Shown: positions 16,170 to 25,408 of the stretch, piece after piece
Numbering within the stretch: the stretch's first letter is position 1
How the letters are laid out: each line of letters starts with the position of its first letter
IMG/VR virus record: IMGVR_UViG_3300042923_001800
Location: 1 to 47,128 of that record
Strand: one strand, 5' to 3'
DNA: 47,128 nucleotides
Source of the DNA: a virus
Taxonomy: Duplodnaviria; Caudoviricetes
Position numbers and translations under genes: made by a program
The notes under the pieces: generated by a model
The model's database searches: none
Told to the model about the DNA's origin: nothing
What the model saw: the letters and a program-made list of their open reading frames with translations, nothing else

Positions 16170-16643
16170 ATGATACTTTCAATAGATCCAGGCAATATAG
16201 AAAGCGCTTATGTGCTACTAGATGATAATTTAAAGCCTGTAGAGTTTGGAAAGTTTATAAATGAAAATGTAAGACAAGAGTTAAGAAGATATTTAAATAA
16301 ATACCACCATGAAATTCATATAGCAATCGAAATGATAGCAAGCTATGGCATGGCAGTAGGAAAAGAAGTATTTGAAACTTGTATATGGATAGGAAGATTT
16401 ACTGAAATGGTTGAGACTTTTAATATGAATACTCATTATATCTATCGTAAAGATGAAAAAATAAACCTCTGTGGCACTATGAAGGCCAAAGATAGCAATA
16501 TAATTCAAGCTTTAAAAGATAGATTTGGGGATAAAGGCACTAAGAAAGCTCCAGGGTGGTTTTATGGTTTCGGCAAGGATGTATGGCAGGCTTATGCTGT
16601 AGGGGTAACCTACCATGATATGTACTTGAAGCCTAATGAATAG
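16170..16643 (+). CDS. RuvC-like Holliday junction resolvase
   Basis: ILSIDPG, IAIE, DVWQAYAV RNase H-fold acidic motifs. Confidence 0.8.
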   Translation: MILSIDPGNIESAYVLLDDNLKPVEFGKFINENVRQELRRYLNKYHHEIHIAIEMIASYGMAVGKEVFETCIWIGRFTEMVETFNMNTHYIYRKDEKINLCGTMKAKDSNIIQALKDRFGDKGTKKAPGWFYGFGKDVWQAYAVGVTYHDMYLKPNE

Positions 16644-16655
16644 TGAGGTGATACT

Positions 16656-17648
16656 TTGATAACTGGACCAGTTGCAGCAGAAAAGAAGATTCAAGTTATG
16701 AAAAATTTTATCAATAGTTCTGAATATGAGTCGATTAGAGAGAATCAAATAGCGCAACTTTCTAGAAGTGAACGGAAAAGATTTGAACGTCATGAGGAAA
16801 AGTTAAAGAATTGCATTAATAGTTTGACACCAACGCAATTAATACTAGTTGAAGAACGTTCCGAAATGAGAGCTCGTGAGTTAGCTGACAATAAGATAGA
16901 TGAATTCAAAGATACTTTAGATAGATGTATGACTGCTCAATTTATTTTAAGTCTACCGGACAAGAGCTGGGACGAGATAGATGAGTTTATAGATGGGCTT
17001 GCAGTTTTAGTGCAAGAAGATGTTACTAAAATTTTGGAATTAAAAAAAGAATGTAAAGGAGACCAAGATATTATGAATAAAACAATGCAAAAATGTGAAA
17101 ATGAAGTAAAGGCTAAATGTGAGGAATTACTTGAAAAAAGATTAAATCAAAAGAAATCCATTGATATATTAGTTAGCCAATTTCCAATGTTAAGCAAGAG
17201 TATGCTCACAAATGCTTATAAAAAGCTAAAGTCGGATTGGGACAAGCAATATAAAGAAGAGGAAGTAGATCCAGATATTAAGGAAGCTCTTGAATCTATA
17301 TCCGATATTATCGATGGAGATGATGAAAAGTCAGTAGATAAGATAATCAAGGAATCTGATGAATATGTTAAGCAAGCGGAGAAAGAAGAACAGCAGCCTA
17401 AAGTAGTTTGTGATGGGAATAGTTGCAGAATAGAGCCGGTAGAAAAGATTAAGGAGGAAAAAGCTATGAAAGAAACCAAGGGATTAAAAGTATTGTCTAT
17501 GACCGTAAAAGGTGAGAATGGAACTTATAGAGTATGTGAACAAGGTGTTGAATTAGCTGGAGAAAACCAATTAATTAGTTTTGGTAGTGAAGCAGACCTT
17601 GATGAATGGGTTTCAGAATACAAGCAAGTATTTGCAATGGCAAAGTAA
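16656..17648 (+). CDS. Hypothetical acidic/coiled-coil phage protein
   Basis: 330 aa ORF in operon. Confidence 0.8.
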   Translation: MITGPVAAEKKIQVMKNFINSSEYESIRENQIAQLSRSERKRFERHEEKLKNCINSLTPTQLILVEERSEMRARELADNKIDEFKDTLDRCMTAQFILSLPDKSWDEIDEFIDGLAVLVQEDVTKILELKKECKGDQDIMNKTMQKCENEVKAKCEELLEKRLNQKKSIDILVSQFPMLSKSMLTNAYKKLKSDWDKQYKEEEVDPDIKEALESISDIIDGDDEKSVDKIIKESDEYVKQAEKEEQQPKVVCDGNSCRIEPVEKIKEEKAMKETKGLKVLSMTVKGENGTYRVCEQGVELAGENQLISFGSEADLDEWVSEYKQVFAMAK

Positions 17649-17672
17649 TAAAAAATCATAATTAAACAGTGT

Positions 17673-17718
17673 TACAAGGCTGTGTACAAACCTTAATGAA
17701 ATATGTACAAGCCTTGTA
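17673..17718. repeat. Long inverted repeat upstream of the methyltransferase
   Basis: TACAAGGCT-G-TGTACA ... TGTACA-AGCCTTGTA. Confidence 0.6.
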
Positions 17719-17739
17719 TTTCAAAAGAGGGTGGAATAA

Positions 17740-19155
17740 GTGAGAGAGATAATAGTTGATAATTTTGCAGGTGGTGGCGGCGCTAGTACAGGTATTGAAT
17801 TAGCAATAGGACGTTCAGTGGATATAGCAATAAATCATGATCCTGCAGCAATATCAATGCATAAAGCTAATCATCCAAGTTCAGAACATTACTGTGAATC
17901 AGTATGGGATATAGACCCTGTTAAAGCTGTAAGAGGCAGACCAGTAGCCTTATGTTGGTTTTCACCAGATTGTAAACATTTTTCAAAAGCTAAAGGTGGA
18001 AAGCCAGTTGAGAAAAATATAAGAGGTCTTGCATGGATAGCAATTAGGTGGGCTTCTAAGGTTAAGCCTAGAGTAATTATGCTAGAAAATGTAGAAGAAT
18101 TTAAGACCTGGGGACCACTTACTAAAGATGGTTATCCCGACCCAAGTAAAAAAGGAGAAACCTTTAAACAGTTTATAGTGGCCTTAAAAAGACTTGGCTA
18201 CAAAGTAGACTGGAGAGAGCTCAGAGCATGTGATTATGGAGCACCAACAATAAGAAAAAGATTTTTCCTTATAGCAAGAAGAGATGGAAAATCTATAGTA
18301 TGGCCTGAGCCTACTCATGGAAATCCAAATGGTTTAGAGGTAAATGCTGGGCTATTAAAACCTTGGAAGACAGCAAGTGAAATAATCGATTGGTCATTAC
18401 CTTGTCCATCTATATTTGAGAGAAAAAAGCCACTTGCTGAGAATACTTTAAAAAGAATTGCTAGAGGTATTCAAAAGTTTGTGTTAGAAAATCCTAGTCC
18501 TTTTATAGTTAGAATAGGGCAAACCGGTTTTGGTGGTGATAGGCTGCAGTATGAATTATCAAAGCCATTAACGACAATAACAACTAAAGCAGAACATTTG
18601 CTTATAGCTCCATTTTTAACTAGTTATCACTCAGAAACACAACCTGGAGAAGTTAGAGGATTAGGGCTAGAAAATCCTATACATACCTTGGATACTTCAA
18701 ATAGATTCGGTTTAATATCGGCATTTATAGCCAGACAGTTTAAGAGTTCTACAGGCCATAAGATGGATACTCCGCTAGGAACAGTAACTACAGTGGATAA
18801 ATCAAGCTTAGTGACAGCTTTCTTAGTTAAATACTATGGAACTGATATAGGCCAAGCTATAGATACTCCATTACATACAATTACCACTAAGGATAGATTT
18901 GGACTTATAAAAATAAAAGGTGAGGATTATCAAATTGTTGATATTGGCATGAGAATGTTAGAACCTCATGAGTTATTCAAAGCTCAAGGCTTTCCTGAAG
19001 ATTATATAATTGACCACGATTGTGAAGGTAAGCCTTATCCAAAGACCGCACAAGTTGCAAGATGTGGTAATGCTGTACCTCCACCTTTCGCAGAAGCTTT
19101 AGTAAGAGCCAATCTTCCAGAGTTGTGCGGCGAAAAGCTAAAAGAAGTAATTTAG
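17740..19155 (+). CDS. Orphan C5-cytosine DNA methyltransferase
   Basis: FAGGGG (motif I), SPDC (IV), ENV (VI), R.R.F (VIII), GNAVPP (X). Confidence 0.95.
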   Translation: MREIIVDNFAGGGGASTGIELAIGRSVDIAINHDPAAISMHKANHPSSEHYCESVWDIDPVKAVRGRPVALCWFSPDCKHFSKAKGGKPVEKNIRGLAWIAIRWASKVKPRVIMLENVEEFKTWGPLTKDGYPDPSKKGETFKQFIVALKRLGYKVDWRELRACDYGAPTIRKRFFLIARRDGKSIVWPEPTHGNPNGLEVNAGLLKPWKTASEIIDWSLPCPSIFERKKPLAENTLKRIARGIQKFVLENPSPFIVRIGQTGFGGDRLQYELSKPLTTITTKAEHLLIAPFLTSYHSETQPGEVRGLGLENPIHTLDTSNRFGLISAFIARQFKSSTGHKMDTPLGTVTTVDKSSLVTAFLVKYYGTDIGQAIDTPLHTITTKDRFGLIKIKGEDYQIVDIGMRMLEPHELFKAQGFPEDYIIDHDCEGKPYPKTAQVARCGNAVPPPFAEALVRANLPELCGEKLKEVI

Positions 19156-19165
19156 AGGTGATCCA

Positions 19166-19339
19166 ATGAAAGTAATGATCATGAAATGTTCTAAGGAAGG
19201 AGCCTGGTGGAAAAGTTCCATAGGTAAAATAATAGACGTGATCAAAGAGCTAGATGATGATTATTTGGTAAAGGTTAAAGATAAAAAGAGAGAAGGAAAT
19301 CATATTCTAAAAGCTGACTGTGCGGTTATCGAGAGATAA
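19166..19339 (+). CDS. Small hypothetical protein (57 aa)
   Basis: MKVMIMKCSKEGAWWK...; SD GAGGTG. Confidence 0.65.
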   Translation: MKVMIMKCSKEGAWWKSSIGKIIDVIKELDDDYLVKVKDKKREGNHILKADCAVIER

Positions 19340-19378
19340 ATGAATATATGGCAAACTAATCAAAAGGGGTGAGGGAAT

Positions 19379-19849
19379 GTGAAAGTAAGTAAAGAACTTA
19401 GTAATAGCGGTGGGTATTTTATATCTGTTGAGATTGGGCATAGAGGTAACAGAAGTTATTGGACATCACCACCTATCTATGGAGTTGATAATCATCATTA
19501 TAGCTTTGAAGTTGAGTATCTAAAAGGAAGATACCCTATCATAAATACAAAGGTAAAAGCAAAACAATTTTCATCATTATATAAAAACTTATGGATAGAG
19601 GTAACGCCTTATCAGCTAGGCTTAATGCAGCATTGTATAGGAATTGGTAGGAAGAAAAAGCCGTACAGAAATCATTTCTTTACTCAAGAAACCGACAAGG
19701 ATTGGAATGAGCTTGTTGAAAAAGGATTAGCAGCCAAGGGTACTAAACATCCAAACAATGATGAATTTATATACTTTTGGTTAAGTAAACAAGGGCTAGA
19801 ATTTGTACTTAGAAAGTCTGTAAGTGATAAAGTTTATAACGAACTTTAA
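19379..19849 (+). CDS. Hypothetical phage protein
   Basis: 156 aa; MQHCIG...YRNHF...WNELVEKGLA. Confidence 0.75.
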   Translation: MKVSKELSNSGGYFISVEIGHRGNRSYWTSPPIYGVDNHHYSFEVEYLKGRYPIINTKVKAKQFSSLYKNLWIEVTPYQLGLMQHCIGIGRKKKPYRNHFFTQETDKDWNELVEKGLAAKGTKHPNNDEFIYFWLSKQGLEFVLRKSVSDKVYNEL

Positions 19850-19861
19850 GGAGCTGATTAA

Positions 19862-20452
19862 GTGAAACAAATGTGGCAGCCTATACAGGTCTTAGGGATG
19901 AAAGAAACTGAAAAAGGGACAATCCTCCAGGTTTCCACCAAGGCTTCAAAGGAGGAAATATTAAGATATTCAAATGGTTGCTTAAAAGGTGAAATCAAGT
20001 TTGAAGATGGACGGTTAATTACAGCAGAGCAGCGTAGAAAGATATTCGCAACCATAAAAGATTTTTCACTATATACCGGATATGATGCTGAATATGCGCG
20101 GCACCTATTAACATTATCTTTCTGCTATGAGAACGGAATAGAACCTTTTAGCTTAGCAAATTGTTCGATAGAGATTGCCAGGGAGTATATAAGTTACTTA
20201 ATAGGCTTCTGTATTGATAATGAAATACCTCTCTCAGAAACAGCTATAGAGCGCACTGATGACATAGGCAAGTATTTATACCTATGCATTAAAAAATCAA
20301 TCTGTAGTGTTTGTGGTAAGCAAGGAGTTGTTTATAACTTAAGCAATGGTAATAGGATATCTCTCTGTAACCTGCACCATGACGAAGCTAAGTTAAAGGG
20401 ATTGCAGGAGTTTGAATGGTTATATAAAGTATATGGATTAAAAATAAAATAA
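19862..20452 (+). CDS. Putative HNHc nuclease (DUF968-like)
   Basis: DGR.IT.EQRRKIFA..KD, CSVCG, LCNLHHDEA. Confidence 0.75.
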   Translation: MKQMWQPIQVLGMKETEKGTILQVSTKASKEEILRYSNGCLKGEIKFEDGRLITAEQRRKIFATIKDFSLYTGYDAEYARHLLTLSFCYENGIEPFSLANCSIEIAREYISYLIGFCIDNEIPLSETAIERTDDIGKYLYLCIKKSICSVCGKQGVVYNLSNGNRISLCNLHHDEAKLKGLQEFEWLYKVYGLKIK

Positions 20453-20476
20453 TTTTAAATACATAGGGGGAAAAAA

Positions 20477-20722
20477 ATGAGTAAATGTGTGGTCAAATTA
20501 ACACTAGTTGAGCTATATGCAATAAAGCATGCTCTTATAAAGCAAGTAATCAAGAAAAACAATAGACTTGAGCAAATATGTACTGAAAGTATACCTGCAG
20601 ATTGGGATTCAGAATTAGAAGAGGAATTCACTAAGCTAAATAAGGATATTGAACATGAGAGAGCGTTAGTTAATATGTTTGAGCGCGAGATAATATCATA
20701 CAAGCAAGCTAAAAGAATTTAG
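20477..20722 (+). CDS. Hypothetical protein
   Basis: 81 aa ORF with G-rich SD. Confidence 0.7.
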   Translation: MSKCVVKLTLVELYAIKHALIKQVIKKNNRLEQICTESIPADWDSELEEEFTKLNKDIEHERALVNMFEREIISYKQAKRI

Positions 20723-20727
20723 AAAGG

Positions 20728-20982
20728 GTGAGGGGAACAAATGATATGAGGGAAGCAATATTATGGGTAACGGCAGCAACATCTTTATTAATAACTTTTC
20801 ACTTGGATAAAAAGAAGAGAGAGGCGGAGAAGCAACTTAAAATTAAAAAATATAGATGTAAATACAATGAGCAAGTTGGATGCTTTGGGATGTGCTGCAA
20901 TTTGTGCGACATAAGAAAAGAGTGCCAAAGGTGCTGTGGGGAAAATAATAAGTACTGCGGCGGATTAGTGGAGGAGGAATAG
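20728..20982 (+). CDS. TM plus Cys-rich hypothetical protein
   Basis: Hydrophobic N-terminus and many Cys; true start may be a downstream ATG. Confidence 0.65.
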   Translation: MRGTNDMREAILWVTAATSLLITFHLDKKKREAEKQLKIKKYRCKYNEQVGCFGMCCNLCDIRKECQRCCGENNKYCGGLVEEE

Positions 20983-20983
20983 A

Positions 20984-21436
20984 ATGAAGGATTACTTAAG
21001 AGATTATGCTACAGCAGCGTTCAGGTTTTATGCTAAGAATGGTATGTCAGCTGAGAAATATAAAGAAAATATATATAATCAAGCCATGGAAGATATGAAA
21101 AACAGAGAAATAAGAGTAAAAGATGGAATATCTAAGCCTACTGAAACTGCTATAACAAGAGCGGAAAACGCAGTAGATGAAAAGATAGCTGAACTTAAAG
21201 ATATGGAAGCAGTTGAAAAGGTATTAGCAGAGCTTAAAGGAACTAGGAGAGTATACATAGTACAAGCTATAGAGATTGTTTACTTTAATAAGCCAGAGAA
21301 AGACATTGAGCTAGGAGATATACAAGATAGAGTAAACGTAGCAACTATAGCTATACCAGCAAGCCAAAGAAGCATTTATTACTGGTTAAGGCAAGCTAGA
21401 GAGTTATTTGCATATAACAGAGGGCTAAGAATTTAG
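20984..21436 (+). CDS. RinA/ArpU-like late transcription regulator
   Basis: DYLRDYATAAFRFYA..., C-terminal HTH SQRSIYYW...ARELFA..RGL; last gene of the early block. Confidence 0.7.
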   Translation: MKDYLRDYATAAFRFYAKNGMSAEKYKENIYNQAMEDMKNREIRVKDGISKPTETAITRAENAVDEKIAELKDMEAVEKVLAELKGTRRVYIVQAIEIVYFNKPEKDIELGDIQDRVNVATIAIPASQRSIYYWLRQARELFAYNRGLRI

Positions 21437-21604
21437 AAAGTTTTAATTAAATAATAAACAGTTAGAATGAATACTTTTTTAGCATATTAATTTATTAAAG
21501 TTTAACCAACAATTTCATCAAAATATTTCCATTCATGATATAATGTCTATTAGAAATAAAAGTAAAGCCTAATGACGTTTTTAGGTATTTGGAGGAATAG
21601 TTTA

Positions 21605-22366
21605 ATGATAAATCACGAAGCTGCTAATGGTGATAATCAATCATTTAGCAATGTATTCAAATCCAGTCATGTTATTTACAAAGATAATCATAGAAACTGG
21701 GGAGTAGCTTACTTAAATACACAAGCGTATAAGATTCTAAAAGATACAATTTTATTTACACAAGTTAAAGAGTTTATGAAAGAAACAGAACAATCCAAAA
21801 AAAACATTGGAACTGGTATTTATATTCCTACACCTATAATTACTACTTATGTTCACAATATAGTCTTGGAGAACTTAAAAGTTGCAGCCGCATTAGAAAT
21901 TCACTTAAAAGCACGATTACTTAAAGAAGGCTATATATTGCAGTTAATTAATAAGGGAGAACGATATAATAGATTTAAGGAATTAAGAAAAAAACAAGAA
22001 ACTCAGCCAATAAGTGTCGATGAATATTTTGATATTGATGATTATCACTTTGATGGAAATGTAAATAGATTGATTGGGTTATCAGAAAATAGCATAAACT
22101 TTGATAGAATACTAAATAAGGTTGGATATAGAGATGCTCTTAAAATAAGAGATAATAACATACTGCAAATTATAGATGATTATAGAAATCTAAGAAATCA
22201 AATCCATTTGCCTGATATCGGAGCTGAAATAGAATATAAATATAATGGTAGTGATAGAGTGAAAAAAATAATTGAATTTGTAAATATAGAAATAATTTGC
22301 TGTACAAATGATCTAATAAACAATCAAAATTTAAGATTTCGATTACTAGAAAAATTCAGTATTTAA
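21605..22366 (+). CDS. Moron, HEPN-like protein
   Basis: AALEIHLKARL and YRNLRNQIH motifs; own TGATATAAT promoter (~21536); SD GGAGG at 21591. Confidence 0.55.
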   Translation: MINHEAANGDNQSFSNVFKSSHVIYKDNHRNWGVAYLNTQAYKILKDTILFTQVKEFMKETEQSKKNIGTGIYIPTPIITTYVHNIVLENLKVAAALEIHLKARLLKEGYILQLINKGERYNRFKELRKKQETQPISVDEYFDIDDYHFDGNVNRLIGLSENSINFDRILNKVGYRDALKIRDNNILQIIDDYRNLRNQIHLPDIGAEIEYKYNGSDRVKKIIEFVNIEIICCTNDLINNQNLRFRLLEKFSI

Positions 22367-22477
22367 ATTACTATAAAGTGTTTGAAGCTAAATCTATACT
22401 GTAACATTGAAAACAAAATTTTGTAGTATTTGGGAATTATACTTAATAAAAGTTTGCAGTAACAAGGGTATGTCAAG

Positions 22478-22575
22478 TGATATAATGTATATAGTTGATA
22501 AGGCTGTGATTGCTGACAGGGACTACAAACTGTGTGGCAACAGTACAAGCATCCAGAAATGGGTGCTTTTTATTT
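22478..22575 (+). ncRNA. Extended -10 promoter, short structured RNA and terminator (possible late leader)
   Basis: TG-A-TATAAT 22478-22486; hairpin(s) 22504-22544; AAGCATCC/GGGTGCTT plus U-run. Confidence 0.5.
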
Positions 22576-22599
22576 AATAGAATATTCATATAGTATATA

Positions 22600-22707
22600 T
22601 TGTTAGTTAATAGTTTATATTATATAATATAAATATAGAACACAAAATCCCAAATTAATAACCCCCCTTCACATAGCAGTTGGTTTCCCCTAACCAGCTG
22701 CTTTTTA
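22600..22707 (+). ncRNA. Candidate C-rich sRNA with promoter and terminator
   Basis: TTGTTA-17-TATAAT; UCCC, ACCCCCCUUC, terminator with UCCCCU loop. Confidence 0.55.
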
Positions 22708-22732
22708 ATTTGCAAGAAAGGAAGTGTAATCA

Positions 22733-23059
22733 ATGAATCAGCTATACAAAAAAGATGAATATATCATATTTCCTGTAGGAGGCAGCTATATAGTTTGTAA
22801 TACAAGGAAGGTCTTTGAAAATGGACATACCCATGTGAAAAGGATTGATATTGGAAAATTACTTATAAGTTTGGTCATTGAAAAGAAGCTTCCTAAGAAT
22901 CCACATTTAGTAGACAACCTTATAAGAATAGCTGATGATAAAAATTATATAGAGCAGCTTAAAGAGTTTAAGGAAACTATAGTCACAGATAAAGATATAC
23001 AAGATTTCATGAGGCATGATAGCTTTATTAGAGTTAGAGGAGCTTTGAGGAGAAGGTAA
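22733..23059 (+). CDS. Conserved clostridial phage protein
   Basis: YIV.NTRK.FENGHTH motif; 108 aa. Confidence 0.75.
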   Translation: MNQLYKKDEYIIFPVGGSYIVCNTRKVFENGHTHVKRIDIGKLLISLVIEKKLPKNPHLVDNLIRIADDKNYIEQLKEFKETIVTDKDIQDFMRHDSFIRVRGALRRR

Positions 23060-23088
23060 AAAAGAGATAAATAATATTATCTCTTTTT
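23058..23088. terminator. Bidirectional intrinsic terminator
   Basis: AAAAAGAGATAA...TTATCTCTTTTT. Confidence 0.65.
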
Positions 23089-23477
23089 ATAATATATATT
23101 TAATTGTGTAGTCTATGGCTTTTTTATATAGCGCTGAAAACCAGCACTATAATGTTATTATGATAAGCAAAACCTGAGGATAAATAAAACAAACAGGTAT
23201 TATTGACTGTTTGCCCGTATATATAAAATACGGTAAAAAATAAACCTCAGAATGGCTATCATTATAGCTATTAAAAGCCACAAACATCCACTCCTTATTA
23301 TTCAATTTTACTGCATCTTTATTATAATAAAGAATGATATATTAAACAAATGTAATTAATGGAAAATTGTAGGAAGTAATATTTAATTATTTACTTTATT
23401 AAACTTAAATATTTCGACAATAGCAGGAAACCTCCCTTTGGTATAGAAGTTATTATGTAGGAGGGAGGTGAGTTGTA

Positions 23478-23786
23478 ATGACTTATGAAACAGCAATTGA
23501 TTATGTTAAAAATAAAGTTGACTCAATCTATAAAGTGGTAGATGTATTTGAGATTACTTTAGGTGAACAGACTATTAAAGTGAAAATACTAAATGGATTT
23601 AACGGTATATTTTACTACAGAAACAGTCATTGGTATCATGGTCCAGAACAAGCGGGCCCATACATATCATCTATAAATGGTTTTGATACCGAAGGTGAAG
23701 CTTTGCATGCAGCGGTAAGAGAACTAACATTCTTCTATAAACCGGAGCATGAAGGTGAAAACTGGATTGTAAATCAAAGATTTTAA
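23478..23786 (+). CDS. Moron, hypothetical protein
   Basis: Strong SD GGAGGTG, SigH-like promoter 23423-23449, terminator 23785-23810. Confidence 0.8.
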   Translation: MTYETAIDYVKNKVDSIYKVVDVFEITLGEQTIKVKILNGFNGIFYYRNSHWYHGPEQAGPYISSINGFDTEGEALHAAVRELTFFYKPEHEGENWIVNQRF

Positions 23787-23866
23787 GAGCTCTTAACAGG
23801 GCTCTTTTTTATGATATTGAATAAAATTATACTTCTTGTCCATAATAAAAATGGATAGGAGATGAA

Positions 23867-24445
23867 ATGATGGAAAATGTAATTAAAATAAGAAAAGTTG
23901 AGCTTATGGCTAAAACTATTTTAATAGTAGCATTAACAGTGTTTTTTGTAATAGTTATGCTGCTACATTCTTTAGGGTTTGAACTAGTAATTAATATATT
24001 GATAAATCTTGCATCAAGCTTTCTAGGAATTAGTGGAGGATATTTTACAGCTACTATAATAGAGAAAAACAAAGAAATAGGTAAAGCTGTAAGAGTGAAA
24101 AATAATCTTTTGTCAGTAATTAAAACTGAAATTTACTATAATAAAACTATATTTTATGCGGATTATATAGATGAAAGGAATACGCAAGATTTTTTAGATC
24201 TAGACGATAAGCATGAATTTCAAACAAAAGAATGGGATATGTTCAAATTTAAGGTTTATACTGAAGGCATAGATATATTAAATAATGATGGGTTTGAACG
24301 TTTGACTGAGTTATATAAAATGTTCGAATTAATCAACTTGCATAAAAGGATAGAAATGTTAGTTACTGAAAAAAATAAAAATGAGATACTTAATTATATC
24401 TACAATAATATAGAAGAAATAGAATCTCATTTGAGGGCCGAATAG
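23867..24445 (+). CDS. Moron, two-TM membrane protein
   Basis: Two hydrophobic helices then soluble domain; terminator GAGGGCC..GGCTCTTTTT. Confidence 0.75.
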   Translation: MMENVIKIRKVELMAKTILIVALTVFFVIVMLLHSLGFELVINILINLASSFLGISGGYFTATIIEKNKEIGKAVRVKNNLLSVIKTEIYYNKTIFYADYIDERNTQDFLDLDDKHEFQTKEWDMFKFKVYTEGIDILNNDGFERLTELYKMFELINLHKRIEMLVTEKNKNEILNYIYNNIEEIESHLRAE

Positions 24446-24493
24446 GCTCTTTTTATATTCCAACAAAATTAATAACCAACTAGGGCAGGTGAG

Positions 24494-25408
24494 GTGATAG
24501 TGGGAAGACAGAGGAGTCCTGATAGAGATAAAGCAAAACAAATGTATATAGATTCTAATAAAACTTCGCTATGCAAAGATATTGCCAAGGAACTTAGAGT
24601 ATCTGAAAGCCAGATAAGAAACTGGAAAGCAAAAGATGATTGGGATAATAAAAATAAAATTGCGCAACCCAAAAAGAATAATTGCGTAACTAATAAAAAA
24701 AATGATACTAAAAGTTTAAAGAAAGAGCCTAAGCATTCAGCAGTTACTGATTTAGAAAAAGCAGAAATGACTGATAAGCAAAGGCTCTTTTGTATTTATT
24801 ATATAAAATACTTTAATGCTACTAAAGCTTATTTAAAGGCTTATGATTGCGATTATAATACAGCGATGGTAAATGGATGTAAACTGCTAATAAACACTAA
24901 GGTTAAAGATACAATTACAATCCTTAAAGCAGATAAGCTTAAAGGAGCTATGCTTGAGCCTGGAGATGTGCTTCAAAAGTATATAGATATAGCCTTTGCA
25001 GATATATCGGACTTTGTAGTATTTGGACAAGAAGAAGTTGAAGTTATGGGTCCATTTGGCCCTGTAGTAGATAAAGATGGTGAAAAAGTAACTAAGATGG
25101 TCAATAGTGTTAAGTTTAGATCCTGGACAAATGTAGATGGAACTTTAATAAGCGAAATCGGTCAAGGTAAAGATGGAGCTAAACTAAAGCTATACGATAA
25201 AATGAAAGCCTTAGATTGGCTTGCTAATCATATGGATTTACTTGATACCTATACTAAAGAAAAGCTTGAAATTGAAAAGCAGAAACTTGCAATAGTTAAA
25301 ATTAAAGCTGGGGATGGAGAAGAGGAAGAGGTTGAGGATGATGGTTTCATAGAAGCTCTCAAGGGTGAAGTGGCAGAGGTGTGGTCAGATGAAGAAAATA
25401 ATAAATAG
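24494..25408 (+). CDS. terS: Terminase small subunit
   Basis: N-terminal HTH IRNWK..D.W; TDKQRLFC..Y...FNATKAY; KLYDKMKAL. Confidence 0.92.
   Translation: MIVGRQRSPDRDKAKQMYIDSNKTSLCKDIAKELRVSESQIRNWKAKDDWDNKNKIAQPKKNNCVTNKKNDTKSLKKEPKHSAVTDLEKAEMTDKQRLFCIYYIKYFNATKAYLKAYDCDYNTAMVNGCKLLINTKVKDTITILKADKLKGAMLEPGDVLQKYIDIAFADISDFVVFGQEEVEVMGPFGPVVDKDGEKVTKMVNSVKFRSWTNVDGTLISEIGQGKDGAKLKLYDKMKALDWLANHMDLLDTYTKEKLEIEKQKLAIVKIKAGDGEEEEVEDDGFIEALKGEVAEVWSDEENNK

Noticed and set aside
17740-19155. Restriction-modification system
   Set aside because: No adjacent restriction endonuclease; the HNH genes are typical free-standing phage types
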